DNA of 64,000 nucleotides from an uncultured Clostridia bacterium (GTDB lineage Bacteria; Bacillota; Clostridia; TANB77; CAG-465): NCBI GenBank assembly GCA_947627255.1, contig CANQVI010000002.1, positions 64,047 to 128,046 of the forward strand, read 5' to 3'. Shown piece by piece: positions 28,379 to 37,941 of this stretch (position 1 is its first letter; each line of letters starts with the position of its first letter). The notes under the pieces were generated by a model. It saw only the letters and a program-made list of their open reading frames with translations, ran no database searches and was not told where the DNA came from. The position numbers and the translations under genes were made by a program.

Positions 28379-28801
28379 ATGGAAGAAGACTTTTATGAAA
28401 AGGAAATTGTATATTTGAAATTTATGAGATTTCCTGATGACAATTCGATTGATTATAGAATGAATGGAAGACCTTATTTAGTATTTAGCATTAATGAAAA
28501 CGAAGTATGCTTATTAAAAATTAGTAGAAGTGTAGGTAACCCATATTTTTACTATCCTATCGAAATTAAGCATAGAGGAAAGAAAAACAAATGCTATATC
28601 GACTTACGTTATATAATAAGAATTGACAAAGAAGAACTAATTAGTAAAGTTAATTCGGTATCTAGCGAAAATAAGGCGTATAAAAATTCATCTAAGAAAA
28701 AATTTATATCAAATAAAGACTATGAAGAAGTGTCAAAAAAACTTAAAAGAATTGCTATAGTAAAACAAATAATAAATTATATGGACATTCAGAAAATATA
28801 G
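28379..28801 (+). CDS. Orphan MazF/PemK-like fold protein with a Lys-rich C-terminal extension
   Basis: The element order IVYLKF...GRPYLVFS...VCLLKISRS...YPIEI...CYIDLRYIIRIDKEEL parallels the MazF/EndoA order (GDVY...RPVLVI...ITAQ...HVEI...EQIRTIDKQRL). Comparison by eye only. Confidence 0.4.
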   Translation: MEEDFYEKEIVYLKFMRFPDDNSIDYRMNGRPYLVFSINENEVCLLKISRSVGNPYFYYPIEIKHRGKKNKCYIDLRYIIRIDKEELISKVNSVSSENKAYKNSSKKKFISNKDYEEVSKKLKRIAIVKQIINYMDIQKI

Positions 28802-28842
28802 CATATATTAATAAGTATCTCATTTTATTGAGATGCTTTTTT

Positions 28843-28871
28843 TTGACATAATAACAATAAAATGGTATAAT
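28843..28871 (+). promoter_or_regulatory. Consensus extended -10 promoter
   Basis: TTGACA (28843-28848), 17-nt spacer with TG, TATAAT (28866-28871). Confidence 0.7.
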
Positions 28872-28956
28872 ACAAGGGCTTGTAAAAAAGTAAATATTTT
28901 TCTAATGAAAAATATGACAATCATTTAAAAATTTAAATGTTAGGAGGGGAGTATAT

Positions 28957-29922
28957 ATGATAATAAAAAGGCTAAATAAGAATTTTAGTATCTTAGATAA
29001 TAATCTTATTGCACATAAAGGAATATATGGTTATTTCAAGAAATATCATAAATATATAGAACCAAATACTTTTGCTTCATGCAAAATTGCTATAGATAAC
29101 AAAATAGACTTTGAATGTGATATTAGAAATACAGCAGACAACATTGCTGTACTAGCACATGATAATGTTATTTCAATTAATGGTAATAAAATAAAGGTTG
29201 CAAGCCATACTTATGATGAACTTGTTGAGCTGCTAGAGGATAGAGCACCAGCAAAATTAGAAGATGTTTTAAAATATAACAACGGAAAAGTAGGAATAAT
29301 TGTTGATGCTAAAGAGGCACATATATTTTTCTCTAAATATAGAGAAAACTTGTCTAATCTATTAAATATATACTCTTCAAAAGGAGAAATAATGTTGCAA
29401 TCATTTAATCCTTTTTTTATGCTTTCTATAAAAAAACATATAAAAAATGTTTTAACTGGACAATTAATTTGTAGAGCTAAGACTATTCTTGATTCTTTTA
29501 AAGCACCTAAAAGTGCTGCGTACATTTATGAAAGAATTATATCTATTATATGTTTTATATCTGGAACAGATGTAATAAATATGGAAAATCATAGTGATGA
29601 AAGATGGCATTTAAGAACTAGATTTTTTATATCTAAAGAGGAGAATATAAAGATTAATGACAAGAGAAAAGCATTATTAGAGAAATTAAATTGCACGTTA
29701 TATAAAGGCATTAAAAGACTAAATAAGCTAGTAGATAAGATACAGTTAAAATTAGTAAAGATGGCACATGAACTTACTAAAAAGCCTGTTTTAGCATTTA
29801 CTATAAAAAATAAAAACGAATTTAATAAGATGGAAAACTTATATATTGTAAGCTATATAGTCGATTTTAGCAAATATGGAGTAGAAGAATATATCCAAAA
29901 AATTAAGAATAAAAATCAGTAA
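28957..29922 (+). CDS. Glycerophosphodiester phosphodiesterase family protein
   Basis: IAHKG...EPNT...FECDIRNTADNIAVLAHD follows the GDPD H/E/E-D/HD motif order. Confidence 0.7.
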   Translation: MIIKRLNKNFSILDNNLIAHKGIYGYFKKYHKYIEPNTFASCKIAIDNKIDFECDIRNTADNIAVLAHDNVISINGNKIKVASHTYDELVELLEDRAPAKLEDVLKYNNGKVGIIVDAKEAHIFFSKYRENLSNLLNIYSSKGEIMLQSFNPFFMLSIKKHIKNVLTGQLICRAKTILDSFKAPKSAAYIYERIISIICFISGTDVINMENHSDERWHLRTRFFISKEENIKINDKRKALLEKLNCTLYKGIKRLNKLVDKIQLKLVKMAHELTKKPVLAFTIKNKNEFNKMENLYIVSYIVDFSKYGVEEYIQKIKNKNQ

Positions 29923-30178
29923 ATTTTACTGATTTTTTTCTTTTAAATTTTCATATTGGTATTTTTTTAAATAATTGACTTGCTATATTTAAATTTTTAA
30001 GGTATAATCTTATTGGATATATATTATTGCTAACTTTATATAATTAAAATTACATAATATATTTCTGAGGTTAAGAATACGTACATATAATTAAATTAAT
30101 TGTATTTTTATTATATATACAAACACTTAAATGAAAAAATTGTACATTGACAAATAAATAAGATAGGAGGATAGTCAA

Positions 30179-31723
30179 ATGCTAATAGGAATAATTGGCT
30201 CAATTTGCTTTATCTTAGGCTCGGCTATATTCTTTTTTGTAGGAATGCGTTATAGAAAAAATATAGCAGAGGCTACAATAGGATCAGCAGAGGAGCAAGC
30301 TGAAAAAATACTAAATGACAGTAGATTAGATGCTGATAGAATAAAAAAAGAAGCTGTTTTACAAGCTAAAGACGAAATGATGAGAAAAAAAGACGAGTTT
30401 GAAACAGAAGCAAAACTTAGAAAAAAAGAAATGCAAGAACTTGAAAATAGAATAAATCAAAGACAAGATCTTGTAGATAAAAGAGCAGCATTGATTGAAG
30501 AAAAAGAAAATAGTATTACTAAAAGAAATGAAGAATTAAACAAGAAGGAAAAAGAACTAGAAAATGCAAAAGAAAGAGAAATTGAAGCATTAGGAAAAAT
30601 TGCTAAAATGAGTGTAGAAGAAGCAAAAGCAGAAATCATGAAGGCTTTAAAAGATGATATGACTAAAGAGATGGCTGAATACATTCGTCAAGAAGAAGAA
30701 AACGCAAAAGAAGAAGTGGATAAAAAAGCAAAGGAACTTATAGTTAGCACTATACAAAGATATGCAACTGATCATACTTCTGAAGCTACCGTTACAACTG
30801 TATCTTTACCTAACGATGATTTGAAAGGAAGAATTATTGGTAGAGAAGGTAGAAATATAAAAACTATTGAAACTTTAACTGGTATTGATTTAATAATCGA
30901 CGATACACCAGATGTAATCGTACTATCAAGTTTTGATCCAATAAGAAGAGAAGTAGCAAGAATTGCTATTGAAAGACTTATTGCTGATGGAAGAATTCAT
31001 CCAGGAAAGATTGAAGAAATGATAGAAAAAGCTAAAGTTGAAGTAGAAAATACAATAAAAGAAGAAGGAGAAAGAGCATTATATGAAACTGGTGTAATGA
31101 ATTTACATCCTGACTTAATTAAATTACTTGGAAAATTGAAATTCAGAACTAGTTATGGACAAAATGTTTTAAATCATTCTATAGAAGTTTCAAATCTTTG
31201 TGGTTTACTTGCAGAGGAATTAGGACTTAATGTAACTATTGCTAAAAGAGCAGGACTTTTACATGATATTGGAAAATCTTTTGACCAAGATGTAGAAGGA
31301 ACACACGTTACTTTAGGTGTAGATTTACTTAAAAAATATAAAGAGAAAGACGAAGTTATATGGGCTGTTGAAGCACATCATGGTGATGTAGAACCTAAAT
31401 CATTAGAAGCAATATTAGTACAAATTGCAGACACAATTTCTGCATCTAGACCAGGTGCAAGACGTGAAACTGTAAGTACATATATTAAGAGACTACAAAA
31501 ACTTGAAGAAATATGTAATTCATATAAGGGTGTAGATAAATCTTTTGCTATACAAGCAGGTAGAGAAGTAAGAATTATTGTTAAACCTGATCAAGTTGAT
31601 GATGACTCAATGGTTGTTATGGCACGTGATATTGCAAATCAAATTGAAAAAGAAATGATATATCCTGGACAAATTAAAGTAAATGTCGTAAGGGAAACTA
31701 GAGCGATAGAACTTGCTAAATAA
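30179..31723 (+). CDS. rny: Ribonuclease Y
   Basis: N-terminal TM helix, coiled coil, KH domain ([15 protein letters not shown]) and HD domain (LHDIGK...EAHHGD). 514 aa. Confidence 0.95.
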   Translation: MLIGIIGSICFILGSAIFFFVGMRYRKNIAEATIGSAEEQAEKILNDSRLDADRIKKEAVLQAKDEMMRKKDEFETEAKLRKKEMQELENRINQRQDLVDKRAALIEEKENSITKRNEELNKKEKELENAKEREIEALGKIAKMSVEEAKAEIMKALKDDMTKEMAEYIRQEEENAKEEVDKKAKELIVSTIQRYATDHTSEATVTTVSLPNDDLKGRIIGREGRNIKTIETLTGIDLIIDDTPDVIVLSSFDPIRREVARIAIERLIADGRIHPGKIEEMIEKAKVEVENTIKEEGERALYETGVMNLHPDLIKLLGKLKFRTSYGQNVLNHSIEVSNLCGLLAEELGLNVTIAKRAGLLHDIGKSFDQDVEGTHVTLGVDLLKKYKEKDEVIWAVEAHHGDVEPKSLEAILVQIADTISASRPGARRETVSTYIKRLQKLEEICNSYKGVDKSFAIQAGREVRIIVKPDQVDDDSMVVMARDIANQIEKEMIYPGQIKVNVVRETRAIELAK

Positions 31724-31724
31724 A

Positions 31725-31757
31725 AATATGCCTACATAAGTAGGCATATTTTTTTGC
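31725..31757 (+). terminator. Rho-independent terminator of rny
   Basis: Perfect 11-bp stem aatatgcctac / gtaggcatatt followed by a T7 run. Confidence 0.85.
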
Positions 31758-31979
31758 CTTTTTAAGGAATAAAGCTTTAATTTAATATATAAAATAATAT
31801 TTGTTAACAACAATTAAAAAACTTGCAAATAAGGAAAATAAATAAAAGTAGAATTCGTTTCACATAATTTTCACAATATACTCACTTGACTTTTACTTAT
31901 AGAAACGCAAAAAATGGTATAATTAAAACAAGGTAAATAGTAGTAAACCAGAGTAATAATTTATGAAGGAGGTCATATA

Positions 31980-32411
31980 ATGCTAAATTTTGATTACTAC
32001 TTTGTAGATGTAGGTGAAAACTACTGTACTATCTCAAAACGGAACGCGACTATTAATCTAGTTGAGGCATTTAAGCAAGATGATAAGGTAAAATTGATAA
32101 TTGCAAAAAAGATATTAATTGGTAAATTCAAAAAAAGTACACCTTTTTTAAAAGAAGAGGAATTTAAAATAGTGCTTGTCAATAAAGAAGACAAATTACG
32201 AATTGCAGCGGAAGTTGTAAATGAAAGTACTTCAAAAAGGACAGAGCCTATTGCAGATAAAGAAGCTTATTTTGTTTTTACAATGTCACCAGCCGACCAG
32301 TTAAATGTTAAGTGCCAAGTTTACCCAAAAGAAACTGAATACAGATCTTTGTCGTACAAGTATGTCAGAGAGCCACGTTCCAAATCTTATAGAAAGTACA
32401 GAGGAGAGTAA
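31980..32411 (+). CDS. Hypothetical protein, orphan monocistronic
   Basis: 143-aa ORF with GAAGGAGG SD and TGgTATAAT upstream. An imperfect hairpin plus T7 lies downstream. No family recognised. Confidence 0.5.
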   Translation: MLNFDYYFVDVGENYCTISKRNATINLVEAFKQDDKVKLIIAKKILIGKFKKSTPFLKEEEFKIVLVNKEDKLRIAAEVVNESTSKRTEPIADKEAYFVFTMSPADQLNVKCQVYPKETEYRSLSYKYVREPRSKSYRKYRGE

Positions 32412-32793
32412 TCTATGAGAATGACTAATTAAGGGCGCAGTTATTATAACTGTGTCCGCTTTTTTTATGTATGTATTTGTTAAGTATATTATATGTGAAA
32501 TACAAATAAAAAACAAAGAGAGGAGAAAAATATGAGTAAGGAAATTATAATTTCAAATTTGACATTATTTTAATTTATGTATTTAAATGAATAATTTAAC
32601 AATAGAATATTAAAAATTGATTTTTAGGTGCTTTTTGCTCGCTAAAATATGAAATAATTATATTGTAAAGTTAAATATTAAAAGTAGAGGAGAGAATAAT
32701 AATATAATAAGTGAAAAATAAAGATATATATTACATTATTTGTGAACTACAATAAAATATTTAAAAAAATAAAACCTTCGGTATATTTATAAA

Positions 32794-32822
32794 TTGACAT
32801 AGTCTTAATCTCATGTTATAAT
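32794..32822 (+). promoter_or_regulatory. Consensus extended -10 promoter
   Basis: TTGACA (32794-32799), 17-nt spacer with TG, TATAAT (32817-32822). Confidence 0.7.
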
Positions 32823-32889
32823 ATGAAACGTATTTAAAAATATATTTATATTACATAAAATCTTGTAATTTTTAGGAGGTGCCATAATT

Positions 32890-33255
32890 ATGGAGGATGA
32901 AAGATTTGAAGAAAGTCTTGAGAGGGAGAAGCCAAAACAACCTACTATTAAATTAAGTGACGGTAGAGAGTTTACACATAAACATATATTTGATACTTTT
33001 TTTAAGTCAGGCCTTAAAGAAGATTATATGAAAGAGGCTTTATATCATATATTAACAGATAAACCTTTGACAGTTGAACTATCTAATAGAGAAGTAGGAA
33101 GAACAATTGATTTTGAAGTCCTAATTAGGAGAAAACACAACATTTCTAGAAAAGATAGTAAAGAAGTAAAACTTGTAATTGATAACATTGATAGCTCTGA
33201 TCCAAGATTTTATAATGCTCTAGAAATTGTAGGGCAATGTATTTCATTAAAATAG
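32890..33255 (+). CDS. Hypothetical protein, orphan monocistronic
   Basis: 121-aa ORF with TAGGAGGTG SD. The hairpin agccat/atggct plus T7 overlaps the stop. No family recognised. Confidence 0.5.
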   Translation: MEDERFEESLEREKPKQPTIKLSDGREFTHKHIFDTFFKSGLKEDYMKEALYHILTDKPLTVELSNREVGRTIDFEVLIRRKHNISRKDSKEVKLVIDNIDSSDPRFYNALEIVGQCISLK

Positions 33256-33337
33256 CCATTTATATGGCTGTTTTTTTATTTTTCATTTGATTTTATACAA
33301 ATTATAGTATATAATATCTGCTTAGGAGGATAATAAA

Positions 33338-34114
33338 TTGAAAGTTTTAATTGTTGGAGATATAGTTGGAAGAACTGGTATTAATAGATTAAAAGAAGAA
33401 CTAAATAAAAGAAAAGATATAGATATTTGTATTGTTAATGGTGAAAATTCTGCAAGTGGCAGAGGAATTAGAGAAAAAGAATATAAAGAAATCTTGTCAT
33501 ATGGTGCTGATGCTATAACTATGGGAAATCATATGTATTATAGAAAAGAAATGCTAAGTGAATATTCAAAATTAAGCAAATTAGCTATTCCTGCCAATTT
33601 AACAAATTTAGTGGGAAATAAACACGTTATAATAAATAAAAACAATATAAAAATCGGAGTTATAAATTTAATTGGAACTTTTGCTATGGGAGATATAATA
33701 GAGAAAAATGTAAGAAATCCTTTTGAAGTTGCTATTGAAGAAATTAACAAGTTAAATGAAGAAGGAGTAGACTATATTTTTGTAGATTTCCATGCAGAAG
33801 CTACAGCAGAAAAAATTGCTATGGCATATTACTTAAAAGATAAAGTAAATTGTGTATATGGAACACATACTCATGTGCAAACTTCTGATGAAACAATTAT
33901 AGATAATAAAATGGCTTATATTACTGATGTTGGTATGACTGGTCCAAGAGATAGCGTTTTAGGATTAAAGAAAGAAATAGCTATTGCTAGATTTACAACA
34001 GGACAATATCTACATTATGAATGTTCAGATAATGAAGCTCAATTTAATGCTATAGAAGTAGAGTTTGATGACAATACTAAAAAAGCTATAAAAATAAATA
34101 GAATAAATAATTAA
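33338..34114 (+). CDS. ymdB: YmdB-family metallophosphoesterase (2',3'-cyclic-nucleotide 2'-phosphodiesterase, TIGR00282-like)
   Basis: TTG start after AGGAGG. MKVLIVGDIVGRTG, VNGENSASGRGI, GNHMY, DFHAEATAEK and GTHTHVQTSDE. Confidence 0.85.
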   Translation: MKVLIVGDIVGRTGINRLKEELNKRKDIDICIVNGENSASGRGIREKEYKEILSYGADAITMGNHMYYRKEMLSEYSKLSKLAIPANLTNLVGNKHVIINKNNIKIGVINLIGTFAMGDIIEKNVRNPFEVAIEEINKLNEEGVDYIFVDFHAEATAEKIAMAYYLKDKVNCVYGTHTHVQTSDETIIDNKMAYITDVGMTGPRDSVLGLKKEIAIARFTTGQYLHYECSDNEAQFNAIEVEFDDNTKKAIKINRINN

Positions 34115-34219
34115 ATAGTCACATAGTGGCTATTTTTTTGACTTTTAAAATATTGTGTGCTAAAATAGTAAATGCACAAAAAAATTTTGCTTTCTTAATA
34201 ATTTAAAGGAGGGGATAGA

Positions 34220-34564
34220 ATGAATATTAGTATGTTTCTTTTAACAATTTGGGCTTTAATGCTTATCTTTATATTGGTAAAAACATATGTTTTATCTCAA
34301 AAAATAGCTACTGCAAATATTGTTTACATTCAAAATTTAACTGTTACTAAAGCAATTTGCCAAAATTTTGGAAAATGGCAAGAAAGGAAAATGATGCTAA
34401 AATCTATATATAAAAGATACATAATACGATTATCTTTATATAAAAACTCCTTTGTAAAAAGAGTTTTAAAGATTTTAGAAAAGGTTAAAAAGGCCTCTAA
34501 AATAACATACTGCGATGAATTTTCTGATATAATAAGTTTAGATATTGAAAACGAAAACGTTTAA
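34220..34564 (+). CDS. Hypothetical small membrane-anchored protein
   Basis: 114-aa ORF with AGGAGGGGA SD and one N-terminal TM helix. Confidence 0.45.
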   Translation: MNISMFLLTIWALMLIFILVKTYVLSQKIATANIVYIQNLTVTKAICQNFGKWQERKMMLKSIYKRYIIRLSLYKNSFVKRVLKILEKVKKASKITYCDEFSDIISLDIENENV

Positions 34565-34597
34565 AAAAATAAAATCACTTCTTTTTTGAAGTGATTT

Positions 34598-35092
34598 TTA
34601 TTTATGATAAGATTCATTATTTAAAATTTTAAATGCTCTAAAAATTTGCTCTAATAAAAATAATCGCATTAATTGATGTGGAAAAGTCATTTTAGAAAAG
34701 CAAATTTTATCTTTACTATAATCTAATAATTCTTGACTCATACCAAGACTACCGCCAATTACAAAAATTATATTAGAACTAGAATATGTTTGTATAGAAT
34801 CAATTTTTTGTGAAAATTCTACTGAAGAATATTCTTTTCCTTTTAAATCTAATAGTATAACATTAGTATTGTTATTTGAATACTTTTCTAATTTTTCTAA
34901 TATTCTATTTGATTCAATTATTTTTATTTGTTCTTCGGTAGTAGTTGATGCATTTTGTGGTATTTTTTCATCATCTAATTCTATAATTTCTATTTTAGCA
35001 TATTTAGATATTCTTTTTTCATATTCAGCAATTAGTTCTTTAAGTGCCTTTTCACGTATTTTTCCAACGCACACAACTTTTATATTTAACAT
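34598..35092 (-). CDS. rlmH: 23S rRNA (pseudouridine1915-N3)-methyltransferase RlmH
   Basis: SPOUT-type sequence IKVVCVGKIREK...IFVIGGSLGMS...SKMTFPHQLMRLFLLEQIFRAFKI. 164 aa. Confidence 0.9.
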   Translation of the reverse strand: MLNIKVVCVGKIREKALKELIAEYEKRISKYAKIEIIELDDEKIPQNASTTTEEQIKIIESNRILEKLEKYSNNNTNVILLDLKGKEYSSVEFSQKIDSIQTYSSSNIIFVIGGSLGMSQELLDYSKDKICFSKMTFPHQLMRLFLLEQIFRAFKILNNESYHK

Positions 35093-35880
35093 ATTGTATA
35101 CTCCTCATTAGATAATGTTTTGGAAGCAAAATTAATTTCAATTTGATTTGGATCAATACCATTTTGTAAAAGCATAGAGTCTATTGTTTGTCTAGCAATA
35201 TCTGGTGTATTATTATTTTCACTTAAATGTGCAAGTAAGAATCTATTATGACCATTAGAGGCAAGACTTACAAGAGCTTGACCACATGCTTCATTAGATA
35301 AATGACCTGTAACACCTTTTATTCGCCTCTTTAAAAGATAAGGATATTTTCCAAAATCAAGCATTGTTTCATCATAATTAGACTCCAAAATAGTATAATC
35401 ACTATCACTTAAATTATCCATTACTTCATTTGATATATACCCTAAATCAGTAGCAAAAGTTATGCAAGAAGTATCATCATATATTTTATAACCACAAGGC
35501 ATAACAGCATCATGTGAAGTCTCGAAAGGGCATATTTTAATATCATTTATTTTAAAAGGTGAGTTATAATGAACAGTTATAATATTAGCTGAAATATTTT
35601 TACTATCTAATTCATCTTTTAAATATTTAGCGGTATCACCACATGCATAAATTGGAATTTCATTTTTTCTACAAAGTAGGGGAAGACCTTTTATATGATC
35701 TACATGTTCGTGTGTAATTAAAATAGCATCAATATCTTTTATAGTAAGACCAATAGATTTAAGTCCTTCATTAATCGCCTTATAACTAACACCAACATCA
35801 ATTAAGATATTAGTACCAGAAGAGGCAATATGAAACATATTGCCTGAGCTGGAACTATATAGTGGATGAATATTAAACAT
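35086..35880 (-). CDS. MBL-fold metallo-hydrolase (YycJ/WalJ-like)
   Basis: ITHEHVDHIKG (HxHxDH) with later D/H motifs. The start overlaps the murA stop by 1 nt and the end overlaps rlmH by 7 nt. Confidence 0.8.
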   Translation of the reverse strand: MFNIHPLYSSSSGNMFHIASSGTNILIDVGVSYKAINEGLKSIGLTIKDIDAILITHEHVDHIKGLPLLCRKNEIPIYACGDTAKYLKDELDSKNISANIITVHYNSPFKINDIKICPFETSHDAVMPCGYKIYDDTSCITFATDLGYISNEVMDNLSDSDYTILESNYDETMLDFGKYPYLLKRRIKGVTGHLSNEACGQALVSLASNGHNRFLLAHLSENNNTPDIARQTIDSMLLQNGIDPNQIEINFASKTLSNEEYTIC

Positions 35881-37157
35881 TATTCTTCATCATCCTCAGT
35901 TTTTACATAATCAATTTTAGCACCTAAATTTGCAAATTTTCCAACTATATTTTCATATCCCCTTAAAATATGGTGTATATCATATACTTCAGTATCACCT
36001 TCAGCAATAAGACCAGCTATTATCATTGCTGCACCAGCTCTTAAATCATGTGCTCTAACAGGAGCAGCATATAATTTTTCTACACCTTTAAATATTGCAG
36101 TTGAGCCGTGAGCAGAGATATCTGCACCCATTTTAGCAAGCTCATCTGTATATTGGAATCTAGATTCCCAAATTGTTTCTACGATAGTACCTGTAGAATC
36201 TCCAATTGTAAGTAAAAGAGATGTTTGAGGTTGCATATCAGTAGGAAAACCTGGATATGGCATTGTTTTTATACTAATAGAAGTAGGTCTTTTATCCATT
36301 GTAACACGGATACTAGACTCGAATTCTTCTACAGTAGCACCAGCTTCAATAAGTTTAGCTGTAATAGGTTCCATATGCTTAGGTATGCAGTTTTTAATTA
36401 ATACATCACCTTTAGTAGCAGCAGCAGCTACCATAAAAGTACCAGTTTCAATTTGGTCAGGAATAATAGAGTAGCTAGATTTTTGTCTTAATTCTTTTAC
36501 ACCTGTAATTTTAATTGTATCAGTACCAGCACCTTTAATTTTAGCTCCCATTGAATTTAAGAAATTAGCTAAATCAACTATATGAGGCTCTTTAGCTACA
36601 TTTTCTATAGTAGTAACACCCTCAGATAGAGTAGCTGCTAAGATTGCATTCATAGTAGAGCCAACAGATACAACATCAAAAAAGATATTGCTTCCTTTTA
36701 GAGGCTCAGTTTTTGAAGCATATACATTACCATTACGAACTATAACCTTAGCGCCTAGCTTTTTAAATGCCTTAATATGTTGGTCTATAGGTCTTGCACC
36801 AAGTTTACAACCACCAGGAAGACCAATTTGAACTTTATCAAATCTACCAATTAAAGCACCTATTAAGTAATAAGAAGCTCTAAATTTACTTGTTAACTCA
36901 TAAGATGCAATAGCAGAATTTACATCTGTATTATCAATTATTAATTCATTATTAGATATGTATTCAATTTTAGAACCTAAAGATTCTAATATTTTACAAT
37001 AAGCTCTAATATCGCTAATATCAGGTACATTTTCCAAATGACATTTACCTTTAACTAAAAGGGTAGCAGGTAGTATAGCAACTGCTGCATTTTTAGCTCC
37101 ACTAATTGTCACTTCACCTTCTAAGCGACATGGGCCATGGACAACAAATTTTTCCAT
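35880..37157 (-). CDS. murA: UDP-N-acetylglucosamine 1-carboxyvinyltransferase
   Basis: Start set at ATG 37157 (MEKFVVHGP), 9 nt after GGAGG. The track TTG start lies inside the SD. ISGAKNAAVAILPA, LPGGCKLGARPID and FPTDMQ are present. Confidence 0.95.
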   Translation of the reverse strand: MEKFVVHGPCRLEGEVTISGAKNAAVAILPATLLVKGKCHLENVPDISDIRAYCKILESLGSKIEYISNNELIIDNTDVNSAIASYELTSKFRASYYLIGALIGRFDKVQIGLPGGCKLGARPIDQHIKAFKKLGAKVIVRNGNVYASKTEPLKGSNIFFDVVSVGSTMNAILAATLSEGVTTIENVAKEPHIVDLANFLNSMGAKIKGAGTDTIKITGVKELRQKSSYSIIPDQIETGTFMVAAAATKGDVLIKNCIPKHMEPITAKLIEAGATVEEFESSIRVTMDKRPTSISIKTMPYPGFPTDMQPQTSLLLTIGDSTGTIVETIWESRFQYTDELAKMGADISAHGSTAIFKGVEKLYAAPVRAHDLRAGAAMIIAGLIAEGDTEVYDIHHILRGYENIVGKFANLGAKIDYVKTEDDEE

Positions 37158-37633
37158 ATATATTTCCTCCAATCTATAATTAGCATAATATTACTAAGTC
37201 AACAATGAGTATACCATACAAATACAAAAAAAACAATAATTTTACATTTTATATTTTTTCTTTACAGAGGTTAAGTAACATCCAATATTATTAGTAAAAT
37301 TAGTAAGTGTATTTTCAACACAAGCTAAATTTGAAAATAAAAAAATGTCATTTCCAGTAATATAGTGTGAATTAGTCAGTGGCAGTTTAATATTACTTGC
37401 ACACAGAAAGCTATTTAAAAAATTTCGTGGACTAATTATATTATTTATATGTATCACCTCCTAATTATAGTATATGAAAAATCTAAATATTAGATATAGA
37501 GTATATAGTTGTATAATTTTTAATTATTTAAAAAAGTTATAAAAATATAGAAAAAAACTTGTAATTTTAATACAACTATGTTAAAATACTATAGTAACGA
37601 TTTAAAATACTAGTGATAGGGAAGGTGAAAAGA

Positions 37634-37840
37634 ATGAAAAAAGATATACAACCAAATTACGGAAAAGCTACTATTAGATGTGTTTGTGGTAATGTTATAG
37701 AAACTGGTTCTGTAAAAGAAGAAATGAGAGTTGATACATGTAGTGCATGTCATCCATTCTTCACTGGTCAAAAGCAATCTATATCTAGCCAAGGTAGAGC
37801 TGCTAAATTCATGGAAAAATACGGAATGAAACAAAAATAA
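37634..37840 (+). CDS. rpmE: 50S ribosomal protein L31 (Cys-containing zinc form)
   Basis: Start at ATG 37634 after GGGAAGGTGA. MKKDIQPNY...CVCGN...CSACHPFFTG. Confidence 0.9.
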   Translation: MKKDIQPNYGKATIRCVCGNVIETGSVKEEMRVDTCSACHPFFTGQKQSISSQGRAAKFMEKYGMKQK

Positions 37841-37855
37841 TAGTATAATATAATT

Positions 37856-37881
37856 AAGAGCACCTAAAGTGCTCTTTTTTT
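37856..37881 (+). terminator. Rho-independent terminator of rpmE
   Basis: aagagcac / gtgctctt stem followed by a T-run. Confidence 0.8.
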
Positions 37882-37941
37882 ATATCGATAAAGTGGAAAC
37901 TTAATTAATTATTTGGTATAATAGACGTATAAGGAGTATTT

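Noticed and set aside
37242-37457. 71-codon minus-strand ORF between murA and rpmE, adjacent to a perfect AGGAGGTGAT.
   Set aside because: The only start is a GTG that is itself part of the SD-like string, and a TATAAT lies 1 nt upstream of it. The geometry therefore fits neither a normal RBS nor a normal leader. The peptide has no recognisable features. I kept it out of the feature list, though a leaderless GUG transcript cannot be excluded.
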